Of a stretch of 50,553 bases of DNA, positions 1 to 11,144 are shown piece after piece; position 1 is the stretch's first letter, and each line of letters begins with the position of its first letter. The notes beneath the pieces are model-generated. The model ran no database searches. It was not told where the DNA came from and saw only the letters and a program-made list of their open reading frames with translations. Both the position numbers and the translations under genes were made by a program. This stretch comes from Candidatus Saccharimonadales bacterium. Its GTDB lineage: Bacteria; Patescibacteriota; Saccharimonadia; Saccharimonadales; JBGTLD01. Where the stretch lies: NCBI GenBank assembly GCA_041744275.1, contig JBGTLD010000026.1, positions 1 through 50,553 on the forward strand, given 5' to 3'.

Positions 1-1
1 A

Positions 2-3000
2 GGAACTATCATTCCAGACAGCTTATCAATAGATAATCTTAATCAGAGCTTAGGAGACAATGCTGTTCGAGTTACCTGGCAACAATCTGACCCAAACACT
101 GATAATTTTTATATAGAACCGCAAGCTACGAATGAATTTGCAGTGAACAATATAGATAGTTTGAGGTCAACACCGGGCAACTATCGTATTGATGTCTTTA
201 TTGCAGTGCGACCAGTGATTGAACACAATACAATTGTTCCTGGTACGGGTTCACGATTTCAATGTAGGGCATCTGATGCTTCAGGTAATTTCCAGTCAAC
301 GTCCAGTAATGCCGGAACAAACTGCCCCGTTATTGAACCCGGCTTTATCATTAACTTCAATGTTCCGACACCTCCACCAAATCAAGCCGGGATACAGGGG
401 ATACACGTAGCTACTAATGGTGCGACACTGCCGAACAATGCTACTGGCATGCGTACAACCGTGAGTGGCGTTGCAGCAGCTAATACCAACACTACGTTTG
501 TATTTGGTGGTATAGGTACGGGAACTAAAACAATCACTGCGGGTACTGCGGTTCCACCAACTATTACGACTGGTGGCGTAACCTACACTTTTGCTGGTCA
601 TACGTTCTGTACGCTACCAATACAACAGACGTCGTGTCATGATTCTATGACAAGGCAGCCAGGTCGTTCATTTACTCGTACATTGAACCCAAACCAGACA
701 ATCGATGTTCGTTGGTACTATGATCCGCCTGCACCGGGTGCGACATTAAACGTTAACGTTGCTGGTATTACCAATAAGAATCAAAATATGACTTTCGCAG
801 TCGAACATCATGCAGCGGGAGACTGTGGTGGATCTGTAGTTGTATCGGGCACCAACACGAGCCGTACCTGCGTATCGAGCCCTGGACTTGGCATTGGCTG
901 GCATGATCATGGCTTTGGTCGCGGCGGCCTGCGATTAACCGCACCAGCAACGACTGTTCAAAATGGCGTTACCTATAATTTCACAGGCTGGACAGGCCAT
1001 AACGGCAACGGAGTAGGCGGTGAGCCAGGCATACACTGCTCTAGTGCATGGAGTGGTGCGAGTACGCAACGGTGTATTAATGTAGAACCAGGCCAAACAA
1101 GGTCAGTGACGGCTAATTACGTACAGCCACCACCGCCACCTCCCGGCTGTACAAGTTATAGCCCGTATACCTCATTTGCTGGCCCACTCTTCCGGACGGT
1201 TAACCTACCTGAAGGTGGTATACCTGGACCAAGTTATGGATCAGCAAGTGAAGTTTCGCGAAGCGGATGGTCAGGTAGTCCAACGGCGGCAAGTAATGCA
1301 GGATTTTCTGGCCCAAGTCCTTTCACCGGTACGGGTACAAGGTCTACTAGCCGAACCGTTACGTTTACGCAGACACGTACAGTCAGACGCACTATGACCT
1401 ACCATATCTATTTCAGGTCTGGTGGACAGATCGAAACAAGGTTACGCTCACCGAATCCAGTGCAAGACATTTACTGGAATACCGTGGGCAATCAAACCAT
1501 TAGAGTTGTATCGGGTACAGGCACGAACAGTTCAGTACAGCTGGACTACAATGATATGTTTGATCGGTTCCCATACGACCGTCATTCTCCGCGAGTGTTT
1601 TACCAGTCACGTTACGCTACCTACACAGTAACGCAAACTAGGACTGAGTCACGTTCAACAAACCGGACGCAAACCGGTACATGGAGTAGATCAAGCATCA
1701 CCGCTCCCTGGCAGCTTACTAAGAATGCATATCCAACACCATCCACATTTGTAGCATCCCCAGGTTGGAGTTCTACAAGTGACTGGTCGCCAACTGCACC
1801 AAGTGCGACGTCAACTAGCCCGCTTCCTAACTCTACACTTCAATCAAGTAATAACTGGGGTACCATGCAAAACACTGGCGACTCGGCACCATTCATGCCA
1901 CCTTGTTTCCCAAGGATCTACACCTCATCGATAACCCCTGGCGCAAATGACATGACGGGAACCCGTGAGTCACCAGGAAATGGCACAGCATCGTATACAA
2001 TAAATGTTAACTTTAACGTGCCAGCATCCCATAGCTCTTCACCATCGACGATGCGTCAGGCTCATAGGGTAAGGTTGCCGTATTCAGTGCAGCCACAAGT
2101 TTTGCGCGCCAACAACACACGAACAGACATAGGTGGAGTTCAGACGCAAACAGCCGTCATTAATAGTAGCAACTTAAACCGTGTCAGTACCGGAAGCTTC
2201 ACTGCAAACTCTTCTAATACACCGTCACTGCAGCAGAATGCCTCTAACCTTGAGCCAGGAGACCGACTGTGTTGGGTATTTACGATTTATGTGCCTAATA
2301 CTGGTAGTCCTGCATCACCCAATTCGTCACGTTACCGCTGGATATCAGGGAGTGGGCCAGTTAATGTTGGTGGCGTGGATCCACATGGGCTCATTAACAC
2401 AACACACTTTAGTAATCCATTTAGTGCTGGTCAGATACAAATAGATTCGTGTACTCCGCCTCGGGTAAACTGGCCATATTTGAAAGTGTTTGGCAATGAT
2501 GTTGTTGCTGGTGGTGCTATCGGAAACTGTAGTGCAACAACCGCAGGGTCAATTCGAACAACCGGAACGGCGACGCGTGGGTCTTCGGTTCAACATGGTG
2601 CGTTTGTACTCGGTACTATTCTGACAGCGAATTCGGTTGCTTCTCAGCGTAATTTCATTTCTGCAGAATTAAAAACTGCTAGCACACAACCAACTAGAGG
2701 GCAGGGGATGATACTCGGAAATATAGGTTCTCTAGGTAACTACACCCCTACTGATAATTATGCCTGTATGCCTGACTACCTGAATGACCGCCCGGAATCC
2801 CGAGGAAATGTGACGCAACCACTCGCAGCCGATTCTATGGCTATAAGGAATGCACTACGTACAAGTAATACAGATGTACGAAGACTTGAATACTATCAAG
2901 TGACTGGCTCGGTAGACTACACCCCTAACACAGGTGCAGGTTGCCCAGGAATCGGCGATGTAGATGCTCCAAATGGCGCGCGCAAGGTTGTGTATGTAAG

Positions 3001-3577
3001 CGGCACGCTTACGATAAGTAATAACTTTAGTACATGTAGCCGTTGGTCTAATCCAGATGAAATTCCAGCAGTAATGTTCGTTGCTAATAACATTGTTATT
3101 TCACCAAATGTAACTCGGATCGATGCAATATTAGTTGCTCGCGATACTCTGAGTACTTGTACGACAACTCCAAATGGTGCTTCGTCGTTGACGCCTGCGT
3201 CTCCAAGCGGTCCACTGCAATCAATTGTCCCTGGAGGTGGAACTGCTATTAATGATCCGAGCCAAAGATACAACCTCTGTCGCAATCCGCTTACTATTAA
3301 TGGTGCGGTATACGCTCGAACAGCACAGTTCCTACGAACAGGTGGGAGCTTAAGGAATGCTGTTGCACGCGAAGGTGTGAATGCTGCTGGTACTTGCGCA
3401 AACGGCGCAGGTGGCGTGCGTCGTCAGGTTGGTGCATCAACAAACGTAAATCAGTTTACATGTGCATCAGAGGTCATTAACTTTTCACCAGAGTTCTTCC
3501 TCGTCTTCTCACGCACAATCGCTCAAGAACAAACATATAATCCTGAGGCAATTATTGAACTGCCTCCAAACTTGTAG
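2..3577 (+). CDS. Large secreted Thr/Gly/Ser/Pro-rich protein, putative pilus-associated adhesin (5'-truncated by window)
   Basis: Frame is open from base 2 through the listed 143..3577 ORF; beta-rich low-complexity sequence with many Cys pairs; lies directly upstream of pilM. Confidence 0.7.
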   Translation, partial: GTIIPDSLSIDNLNQSLGDNAVRVTWQQSDPNTDNFYIEPQATNEFAVNNIDSLRSTPGNYRIDVFIAVRPVIEHNTIVPGTGSRFQCRASDASGNFQSTSSNAGTNCPVIEPGFIINFNVPTPPPNQAGIQGIHVATNGATLPNNATGMRTTVSGVAAANTNTTFVFGGIGTGTKTITAGTAVPPTITTGGVTYTFAGHTFCTLPIQQTSCHDSMTRQPGRSFTRTLNPNQTIDVRWYYDPPAPGATLNVNVAGITNKNQNMTFAVEHHAAGDCGGSVVVSGTNTSRTCVSSPGLGIGWHDHGFGRGGLRLTAPATTVQNGVTYNFTGWTGHNGNGVGGEPGIHCSSAWSGASTQRCINVEPGQTRSVTANYVQPPPPPPGCTSYSPYTSFAGPLFRTVNLPEGGIPGPSYGSASEVSRSGWSGSPTAASNAGFSGPSPFTGTGTRSTSRTVTFTQTRTVRRTMTYHIYFRSGGQIETRLRSPNPVQDIYWNTVGNQTIRVVSGTGTNSSVQLDYNDMFDRFPYDRHSPRVFYQSRYATYTVTQTRTESRSTNRTQTGTWSRSSITAPWQLTKNAYPTPSTFVASPGWSSTSDWSPTAPSATSTSPLPNSTLQSSNNWGTMQNTGDSAPFMPPCFPRIYTSSITPGANDMTGTRESPGNGTASYTINVNFNVPASHSSSPSTMRQAHRVRLPYSVQPQVLRANNTRTDIGGVQTQTAVINSSNLNRVSTGSFTANSSNTPSLQQNASNLEPGDRLCWVFTIYVPNTGSPASPNSSRYRWISGSGPVNVGGVDPHGLINTTHFSNPFSAGQIQIDSCTPPRVNWPYLKVFGNDVVAGGAIGNCSATTAGSIRTTGTATRGSSVQHGAFVLGTILTANSVASQRNFISAELKTASTQPTRGQGMILGNIGSLGNYTPTDNYACMPDYLNDRPESRGNVTQPLAADSMAIRNALRTSNTDVRRLEYYQVTGSVDYTPNTGAGCPGIGDVDAPNGARKVVYVSGTLTISNNFSTCSRWSNPDEIPAVMFVANNIVISPNVTRIDAILVARDTLSTCTTTPNGASSLTPASPSGPLQSIVPGGGTAINDPSQRYNLCRNPLTINGAVYARTAQFLRTGGSLRNAVAREGVNAAGTCANGAGGVRRQVGASTNVNQFTCASEVINFSPEFFLVFSRTIAQEQTYNPEAIIELPPNL

Positions 3578-3682
3578 ACAATGCTTATGCTTGTAGGGTA
3601 TACTTCGAGCTAAGATGAACATAAACAAAATAAGTGGGCACTCTGTAATGTTTCATGAAAATTATCACCAAAAGGTTGCGCT

Positions 3683-4723
3683 ATGAGCTTAGTAAGTGGT
3701 ATTCGTGATTTTTTTGGTCTTGATATAGGGAGTACAACTATCCGTGTTGTGCAGCTCTCGCACTCTGGAACTACCAAAAGTCTTCTAAAGTACGGCTATA
3801 TGCCTGTCGTAGGTAACATCGCCGAAAGTGATTCTCCTGCTGATAGGCAAAAATTAGCACAGTCAATCAAAGAGCTTATTTCGAGTGCTGGTATTTCTAC
3901 TAACAACGTTGCGGTAGGTTTACCATCTAAAAGAGTGTTTACAACAGTAGTAGACATTGACAGGCTCAGTGAGTCAGAAATATCACAAACAATCCAACTT
4001 CAAGCTGAGTCAATCATTCCAACACCGCTTTCAGAGTCAAAAATTGACTGGGCAGTTGTAGGGGATTCGCCGCAAGACCAAGGCAAAGTAGAAGTGCTAC
4101 TCTCAAGTGTGTCCAATTCGTACGTTGAGTCTCGTCTAGATATGCTCGAGTCAGTGGGGCTGAACGTCATCGCATTTGAGCCAGAAAACCAAGCAATTTC
4201 ACGATCACTCATGCCAGCTGAGTCTTCAGCCATGACGCTTATACTTGACATAGGTCACACATCGACAGACCTCGTTATATCTCTCAACGGTGCACCAAGG
4301 CTTACGAGAAGTATCAGTACAGGTATGCAAGCTATCGTACGGGCAGCCATGCAAAACTTAAACATAGACGACAAGCAAGCTGAGCAGTTCGTACTAAAAT
4401 TTGGATTAAGTAAGGACAAGCTTGAAGGCCAAATACACAGTGCAATTATCGGCACAGTTGATATTTTGGTAGGAGAAATTGAAAAATCTATAAAGTTCGT
4501 CGTAGCGCGCTACCCTAATGTAGCTGTAGAAAAAATTATAGTCACAGGCGGGGCTGCAACGTTACCTGAGTTTCCTGTATACCTAGCTAACAGACTTAAT
4601 ATTGCGATTGAGATTGGTAACGCATGGAGAAATGTTGCGTTTCCTCCTCAACAACAAAATGACCTGCTCGCGGTATCGAATCACTTTGCAGTCGCAGTAG
4701 GACTCGCGGAGCGAAACGAATGA
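3683..4723 (+). CDS. pilM: Type IV pilus assembly protein PilM (actin-like ATPase)
   Basis: FGLDIGSTTIRVVQL, ILDIGHTST and IVTGGAA motifs; first gene of the pil cluster. Confidence 0.95.
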   Translation: MSLVSGIRDFFGLDIGSTTIRVVQLSHSGTTKSLLKYGYMPVVGNIAESDSPADRQKLAQSIKELISSAGISTNNVAVGLPSKRVFTTVVDIDRLSESEISQTIQLQAESIIPTPLSESKIDWAVVGDSPQDQGKVEVLLSSVSNSYVESRLDMLESVGLNVIAFEPENQAISRSLMPAESSAMTLILDIGHTSTDLVISLNGAPRLTRSISTGMQAIVRAAMQNLNIDDKQAEQFVLKFGLSKDKLEGQIHSAIIGTVDILVGEIEKSIKFVVARYPNVAVEKIIVTGGAATLPEFPVYLANRLNIAIEIGNAWRNVAFPPQQQNDLLAVSNHFAVAVGLAERNE

Positions 4724-5427
4724 TTCAGTTCAATCTCTTACCAGACATTAAGCTTGCATACATCAGAGCAGCGCGTACGAAACGAATTTTTTTGAGCATT
4801 TCTGTGATTATAACTGTTGTTGTCCTTTTTGTCGTTGGGTTGATTGCAACATCTGTTCTGGTATTCCAGCGGCAACATATTTCAAATCTTGATAACGATA
4901 TTGCCGCAAAAACAAAAGAGCTCACCGAAACACAAGACATTGACAAAATATTAACCGTACAAAATCAACTTAATGTGTTGCCAGGTCTTCATGAGCGAAA
5001 GCCTGACGTCACCAGACTATACGAGTACATTCGGCAAGTTACTCCTGCGAGTGTGACACTAACAGACCTTGACATAGACTTTATTGAAAACACTATGCTA
5101 ATTAGCGGAAAGTCATTGTTGCTTGCTGATATAAATAAGTATGTCGACACGCTCAAATTTACTCGTTATTTTGAGTCATTTCCTATCGTAGATGACATCT
5201 TACAAGAATCATCAGATCCAGTACCAGCATTTAGTTCGGTAGTATTACAAGAGTTTGATAAAAAAGATGGTGATCAATTTGAGTACAGTATATCGCTAAT
5301 CTTTGATCCGGTAATTTTCGAGAACAGCCGAGATATTACATTGTCAGTACCAAATCAAATATCTACTCGTTCCGAAGTTGAGAAACCGGTGTTCGATGCT
5401 ATCAGGAGGGATAATAATGCCGAATAA
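4720..5427 (+). CDS. pilN: PilN-like pilus alignment protein
   Basis: N-terminal QFNLLP motif then TM helix and coiled coil; 4-bp overlap with pilM. Confidence 0.85.
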   Translation: MIQFNLLPDIKLAYIRAARTKRIFLSISVIITVVVLFVVGLIATSVLVFQRQHISNLDNDIAAKTKELTETQDIDKILTVQNQLNVLPGLHERKPDVTRLYEYIRQVTPASVTLTDLDIDFIENTMLISGKSLLLADINKYVDTLKFTRYFESFPIVDDILQESSDPVPAFSSVVLQEFDKKDGDQFEYSISLIFDPVIFENSRDITLSVPNQISTRSEVEKPVFDAIRRDNNAE

Positions 5428-6154
5428 AAAAATATCCGTAAAGCACATACAAATCGACAAGGCTAACCAAGCGGTCATTATTGCGTGTGCTGTTGCATCC
5501 GCTGTTTTAGTACTCGGTGCGTTTACAAGCTATGCGCTACTTAAGCTTAATGCACATCAAGGCCGTGTAATTACTGAAAACGAAAAAACACTCGCCCAAT
5601 TAGTTGAAAATATTGCGATTAAAGAAGACATCGTACAGTCATACAATTTATTCACAACTACTGAAAGAAACGTACTGGGGGGCAGTACCTCTGGTCTGGC
5701 CGAGGGTGATAAAGACGGAGATAATGCTCGACTCGTACTTGATGCACTACCAAGCAAGTATGACTTTCCAGCTCTTGCGACAAGCATCGAAACGCTTTTA
5801 ATAAGAAACAATTTTTCACTGACATCCTTTGACGGGGCAGATGATGAAATCAATCAGCAAAGTCAATTATTGGGTATTCCGATAGCAGATGCCGCTGAAA
5901 CGATTGAAACACCAGAGCCATCAGAAGGTGCAATTCCTGGAGTGATCGAGATTCCATTTGAGGTGACTGTAGAGAAGCTCACCTATCAATCTTCAGAGAT
6001 TCTCCTGGGGCTACTGTATCAGTCTATACGACCGTTTAATATTAATAGAATCCAGTTGTCCGGTTCTGATTCAGAGCTAGACGTTTTAGTGAGCGCTCAT
6101 ACGTACTACCAGCCATCAAAAACCATAAACATTAGTGAGAAGGTCATAGAATGA
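5417..6154 (+). CDS. pilO: PilO-like pilus alignment protein
   Basis: TM helix, coiled coil, then ALP..YDFPAL motif; start placed at ATG 5417 after AGGAGG. Confidence 0.7.
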   Translation: MPNKKISVKHIQIDKANQAVIIACAVASAVLVLGAFTSYALLKLNAHQGRVITENEKTLAQLVENIAIKEDIVQSYNLFTTTERNVLGGSTSGLAEGDKDGDNARLVLDALPSKYDFPALATSIETLLIRNNFSLTSFDGADDEINQQSQLLGIPIADAAETIETPEPSEGAIPGVIEIPFEVTVEKLTYQSSEILLGLLYQSIRPFNINRIQLSGSDSELDVLVSAHTYYQPSKTINISEKVIE

Positions 6155-6405
6155 AATCAAAAGACATCGCTATAATAATTGCAGTTGCTGGCTTTAGCGC
6201 TATACTCGCGTATGTCTTATCAAGTACATTCATTACCAGTGATGATGATCTACGAACCACTGTGAAAGTTGTTGAACCTTTATCACCTGAGTTTACAGCT
6301 GTTGATACGCGTTATTTTAATGAAAATGCGAATAATCCTACCAAATTAATTAATATTGGATCAAACGATAACAATAGTCCGTTTCTGACTGAAACAGAGC
6401 AGTAG
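6151..6405 (+). CDS. Small membrane-anchored pilus-cluster protein
   Basis: 84 aa with one N-terminal TM helix; translationally coupled between pilO and pilB. Confidence 0.75.
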   Translation: MKSKDIAIIIAVAGFSAILAYVLSSTFITSDDDLRTTVKVVEPLSPEFTAVDTRYFNENANNPTKLINIGSNDNNSPFLTETEQ

Positions 6406-6408
6406 CAT

Positions 6409-8214
6409 ATGAGCGTTTTATCTTCTGCAAATCAAAAGCAAGTCGAAGAGATATTAGTCAAAGACAAGCTTATCTCGGCTGAAGCACTCGCGATGATCCA
6501 AAAAAAAGCTGAGTCTGTCCACAAGCCTCTCTTCTCGCTACTACTCGATGAAGGTAACATCACAAATGAAGACCTAACACGCGTAATTGCTGGAGTTATC
6601 AAGGTACCGTATGTAAAACTCATGGGTACTCGTGTAGATCCAAAAATGTTTGACATTCTTCCTAAGGAAATTGCTGAAAGGTACATGTCTGTACCAATTG
6701 GTGAAATGCAAAAAAAGCTTGTTGTGGCTATGCTCGATGCTGATAACATTCAGGCCGTAGACTTCCTGACCAATAAAATTGGTCGTCCCCTAAAAGTCTA
6801 CATGGCAAGCGAAGAGGGAATACATAGTGTCTTGCGCCAATACGATCAAACCATAAAGAAAGATGCCTTTGGTTCATTGATTGACCAGCAGGAAGAAGAA
6901 GCTGCCGCTGATTCAGCTCAGAAAAAAGGCAAGAAAAAAAATGCAAAAGACGACATAAAAGTTCTCGTACAAGATTCTCCTATCAGTAAGGCACTTTCAA
7001 CAATTCTTGAATTTGCTGTTCGTAATCGTGCATCTGATATACACATCGAATCACTCGAACATGAGCTCAAAATTCGATGTCGGATAGACGGGGTTTTGGC
7101 GGAAATTATGAAACTACCTAAATCTACCGAAGCACCACTTATTTCTCGTATAAAAATTTTGTCTAACCTCAAAATCGATGAGCATCGTATACCACAAGAT
7201 GGTCAATTTACAGTAGCTCTTTCCGACAAGGCGGTGGACCTACGTATTGCAATCTCCCCAGTGGTATGGGGCGAGCAGGTAGTTATTCGTTTGCTTGATA
7301 AGTCTGGCACGACACTAAAACTTGAAGAAATGGGATACAAGGGAAGAGCTCTACGTACAATCAGAAAAGGCCTTACAAAATCTAACGGTATGATACTTAC
7401 ATCTGGACCAACCGGTTCTGGTAAGTCGACCTCACTGTATGCTTTGATTCAAGAAATCATGGATGATTCCATAAATATTGTGACGCTTGAAGATCCTGTT
7501 GAATACAAAATGGACGGCATTAATCAAATTCAGGTGAACTCAGAAGTAGGACTCACCTTTGCATCGGGGCTTCGTTCGATATTGCGTCAAGACCCAGACG
7601 TCGTGATGGTTGGTGAGATTCGCGATAAAGAAACAGCACAGCTCGCAGTACAAGCTGCACTGACGGGTCACCTTGTGTTTAGTACTCTTCACACAAACTC
7701 TGCAGCCGGTATTTTGCCACGATTGCTTGATATGGGTATTGAGCCGTTCTTGATTGCAAGTACTGTGCATACTGTTATCGGACAACGTTTAGTAAGAAAA
7801 ATCGCCGACGAAGGAAAAGAGTCATACCAGTCTGATGCGGCTGAAACAGAGGCAATTCGAACTACAATCGGTGACCTACTACCAAAGACTGAATCAGAAA
7901 AAGAAGAGCTCTCAAAAGATATAGGTCATGACAATTTACCCCTCATCGCTGACAGTAACTATACGTTACATAGAGGTGTTGATGGCCCGGAAACGCCAGG
8001 AGGGTACAAAGGGAGAATGGGTCTTTATGAAGTATTCGAGGTTACCGAAGAGATTAGAAGCCTTATTTTGAGCCATGCTACCAGTAGTGAGATTCAAAAA
8101 AAGGCTCAAGAACAAGGAATGCTTACAATGAGACAAGACGGATACCTAAAAGCCCTCGATGGTCTGACAACAGTAAACGAAATAAACAGAGTCGCATCAG
8201 CGGACAGTGCGTAA
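6409..8214 (+). CDS. pilB: Type IV pilus assembly ATPase PilB (GspE/PulE family)
   Basis: ASDIHIE, Walker A GPTGSGKST, LRQDPDVVMVGEIRD, TGHLVFSTLHTN; N-terminal T2SSE_N domain. Confidence 0.95.
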   Translation: MSVLSSANQKQVEEILVKDKLISAEALAMIQKKAESVHKPLFSLLLDEGNITNEDLTRVIAGVIKVPYVKLMGTRVDPKMFDILPKEIAERYMSVPIGEMQKKLVVAMLDADNIQAVDFLTNKIGRPLKVYMASEEGIHSVLRQYDQTIKKDAFGSLIDQQEEEAAADSAQKKGKKKNAKDDIKVLVQDSPISKALSTILEFAVRNRASDIHIESLEHELKIRCRIDGVLAEIMKLPKSTEAPLISRIKILSNLKIDEHRIPQDGQFTVALSDKAVDLRIAISPVVWGEQVVIRLLDKSGTTLKLEEMGYKGRALRTIRKGLTKSNGMILTSGPTGSGKSTSLYALIQEIMDDSINIVTLEDPVEYKMDGINQIQVNSEVGLTFASGLRSILRQDPDVVMVGEIRDKETAQLAVQAALTGHLVFSTLHTNSAAGILPRLLDMGIEPFLIASTVHTVIGQRLVRKIADEGKESYQSDAAETEAIRTTIGDLLPKTESEKEELSKDIGHDNLPLIADSNYTLHRGVDGPETPGGYKGRMGLYEVFEVTEEIRSLILSHATSSEIQKKAQEQGMLTMRQDGYLKALDGLTTVNEINRVASADSA

Positions 8215-8229
8215 GAAGGGATTAATACA

Positions 8230-9297
8230 GTGGCTACACAACCAAGAATAGAAATTTTACTCGAAGAAGTTATAAAGAAAAAAGCATCAGACCTTCACTT
8301 GCAAGTAGGCTTGCCTCCAATGCTACGAGTTGACGGAAAGCTCATAAAGGTGACTGGCTCAGAGGCGCTGTCAGATGACCACTTAGAGTCGTTATTATTT
8401 GCGCTTCTCGATGACGACCAGAAACAGATACTGCTCAAGGACAAGGAGTTTGACTTTAGTTTTGCGTTTGGTGATCTCGGACGGTTTCGTGTAAATGCCT
8501 TCCATGAACGGGGTAACCTCGCTGCAGCATTTCGCCTCATTCCAAATGAGATAATTTCCGTAGAGCAGTTGGGGTTACCAAATATCGTAAATAAATTTGC
8601 TGATTATCCAAGAGGGCTTGTGCTTGTAACTGGTCCAACAGGTTCGGGTAAATCAACCACGCTAGCAGCACTGATTAACAAAATTAATCACGAGCGTGAA
8701 GCGCATATTATTACCATTGAAGACCCAATTGAGTTTACACACCGATCAGCAAAATCAGTTATTGTGCAACGTGAAGTACATTATGATACGTATTCTTTCT
8801 CTGCAGCGCTTCGCTCAAGCCTCCGCCAAGACCCAGATGTGGTACTTATTGGTGAGATGCGTGATCTTGAAACCATCGCAGCTGCTATTACCATCGCAGA
8901 GACCGGTCACCTAGTGTTTGCAACGCTACACACAAACTCTGCGGCACAAAGTATTGACCGTATGATTGACGTGTTTCCACCACATCAACAATCACAAATT
9001 CGAGCCCAACTTGCTAACATTCTTGCGGCAATTTGTGCACAACGACTCGTGCCAACAATTGGCGGTGGGCGAATTGCAGCCGCAGAGATTTTAGTGGCTA
9101 CCCCTGCAGTAAGAAACATCATACGCGAAGGTAAGAGTCATCAGCTAGATGCGGTGATTCAGACTGGTGCTGAGTTCGGTATGCAGTCACTCGATAAAAC
9201 GCTTGTAAACCTTATTCATAACGGGACAATCGCGTACGAAGAAGCAAGAAACTACGCTGTTGATCTAGAAGAATTAGATCGGATGATGAGGAACTAA
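8230..9297 (+). CDS. pilT: Type IV pilus retraction ATPase PilT
   Basis: GPTGSGKSTT, EDPIE, AETGHLVFATLHT and AIRNLIRE-like AVRNIIRE motif. Confidence 0.95.
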   Translation: MATQPRIEILLEEVIKKKASDLHLQVGLPPMLRVDGKLIKVTGSEALSDDHLESLLFALLDDDQKQILLKDKEFDFSFAFGDLGRFRVNAFHERGNLAAAFRLIPNEIISVEQLGLPNIVNKFADYPRGLVLVTGPTGSGKSTTLAALINKINHEREAHIITIEDPIEFTHRSAKSVIVQREVHYDTYSFSAALRSSLRQDPDVVLIGEMRDLETIAAAITIAETGHLVFATLHTNSAAQSIDRMIDVFPPHQQSQIRAQLANILAAICAQRLVPTIGGGRIAAAEILVATPAVRNIIREGKSHQLDAVIQTGAEFGMQSLDKTLVNLIHNGTIAYEEARNYAVDLEELDRMMRN

Positions 9298-9299
9298 AC

Positions 9300-10517
9300 A
9301 TGATCAACTATAAATTTACGGCACGCAACCCACAGACTGGCGAAAAAATTCAGTCGCAAGTACAAGCAGACAGCGTCTCTAGCGCATCTAGCCTCATTAA
9401 GCAGCAAGGTTTTGTGCCGATTGATATAAAAGTCATGAGCGAAGGTTCAAGTCCATTATCTAAGTTTAAATCACGTATCAAGACGAAGGATAAGGTGATT
9501 TTCTCTAGGCAGATGTCGACGCTTATTGCGGCAGGCTTGCCACTTGTACAAAGTCTCCGAAACGTACTTAATCAAACACAAAACAAAGCTTTCAAGATCG
9601 TTATTTCCAAGATTGTTGCAGATGTAGAGTCTGGTAAAGCATTTTCAGAGGCGCTTTCAAAGCATCCAAAGGTGTTTGATAACGTGTTCGTAAACCTCGT
9701 CGCAGCAGGTGAGGTGTCCGGTACACTCGACGCTTCACTCGAGCGACTATCCGACCAGCAAGAAAAAGATGCAGAAATCGTGAGCAAGGTAAAAGGCGCG
9801 ATGATTTATCCGCTGATAGTTATGCTTGTGATGATTGCCGTAGTTATATTTATGCTTGTAACGGTACTTCCACAGGTTGAGATTCTATACGATGGTCTTT
9901 CCGGGGCCGGTGAATTGCCGATATTTACAAGAGTATTGCTATCTATTTCAAAATTTATTATTAACTTCTGGTATATTGCACTCATCGTTATTGGTATTTT
10001 GGCGTTTATAACAAGTCGCTGGATGAATACTATTGGCGGTAAATCTATTATGGATCGCGCCAAACTTAAGATGCCACCTATTGGCTCGCTCTTCACAAAG
10101 CTATACATGGCTCGTTTTGCACGAACTGGCACAACTATGGTTGCAAGTGGTGTGCCACTCCTTAAGATGCTTGAGGTTGTAGCTGAAGCAGTAAACAACG
10201 TTCATCTCAAGAAGTCGATTATGTCTGCCGCTGAAAAGGTAAAAGGTGGTAAGGCACTATCTGACTCTATAAAAGACGATGATAACTTCCTGCCTCTTGT
10301 GTCTGACATGCTTCATATTGGTGAAGAGTCAGGCCAGGTAGAAAGCATGTTAGAAAAAACAGCGACATACTATGAGAAAGAAGTTGACAACCAGATCAAG
10401 GCCATCTCCACGATAATTGAGCCGGTGATGATGGTACTTCTTGGTGTTACGGCTCTTATTATTGTTGCAGCAGTACTTATGCCTATTTATGGACTTGCCG
10501 GTCAAAACGTATTTTAG
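9300..10517 (+). CDS. pilC: Type IV pilus platform protein PilC (GspF family)
   Basis: FSRQMSTLIAAGLPL, GEVSGTLD, GEESG; two T2SSF domains. Confidence 0.95.
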   Translation: MINYKFTARNPQTGEKIQSQVQADSVSSASSLIKQQGFVPIDIKVMSEGSSPLSKFKSRIKTKDKVIFSRQMSTLIAAGLPLVQSLRNVLNQTQNKAFKIVISKIVADVESGKAFSEALSKHPKVFDNVFVNLVAAGEVSGTLDASLERLSDQQEKDAEIVSKVKGAMIYPLIVMLVMIAVVIFMLVTVLPQVEILYDGLSGAGELPIFTRVLLSISKFIINFWYIALIVIGILAFITSRWMNTIGGKSIMDRAKLKMPPIGSLFTKLYMARFARTGTTMVASGVPLLKMLEVVAEAVNNVHLKKSIMSAAEKVKGGKALSDSIKDDDNFLPLVSDMLHIGEESGQVESMLEKTATYYEKEVDNQIKAISTIIEPVMMVLLGVTALIIVAAVLMPIYGLAGQNVF

Positions 10518-10592
10518 ACTTGCATTGCTGTGATATAAAGGTATATTAATAACCATAAGTATAATTAAAAAACGCAAAGGGGCACTTGCAAT

Positions 10593-11084
10593 ATGAAATC
10601 AAAACAACTAAAAGAAGAAAAAGGCTTTACAATCATCGAAGTCTTGATTGTGCTGGCAATCGCTGGTTTGATCATGCTCGTTGTGTTCTTGGCAGTTCCT
10701 GCCTTGCAGCGTAACTCCCGCAACACGCAAAGGACTTCAGACGTCAGTTTAATCAGCTCTGCAGTAAACGAATGTCTTAATAATAGAAACGGTAGAATTG
10801 CTAGCTGTAACACAACAGCACAGATATCACCGACATATATTGATGCATCTGCCACTGGAACTACGCTTCGTCAGCTCAGGACAATTGTTTTTAGTACAAG
10901 TTTTCCCGCGGATAATGCTGCAATAGCGCATGTTGCCATGGGTACTGGCACTACACCTGGCTGGAAATGTACAGCCGATGGCGGTGATGTAACACAAACA
11001 GGAGCATCGCCTCGAGCAATCGCTGTCCTTTACAAAACCGAAGGTACTGCTGGACAGAACATTCAACGCTGCCTCGATATATAA
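10593..11084 (+). CDS. pilA: Type IV pilin, probable major pilin
   Basis: Class III signal G|FTIIEVLIV; own promoter-like upstream region and a terminator downstream. Confidence 0.85.
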   Translation: MKSKQLKEEKGFTIIEVLIVLAIAGLIMLVVFLAVPALQRNSRNTQRTSDVSLISSAVNECLNNRNGRIASCNTTAQISPTYIDASATGTTLRQLRTIVFSTSFPADNAAIAHVAMGTGTTPGWKCTADGGDVTQTGASPRAIAVLYKTEGTAGQNIQRCLDI

Positions 11085-11099
11085 TAGTATTAAAACTTC

Positions 11100-11130
11100 A
11101 AAACAGCTCGGTAAAACGGGCTGTTTTTTG
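11100..11130 (+). terminator. Intrinsic terminator after pilin
   Basis: AAAACAGCTCG-gtaaaa-CGGGCTGTTTT followed by T run. Confidence 0.8.
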
Positions 11131-11144
11131 TTATTATAGTTGTA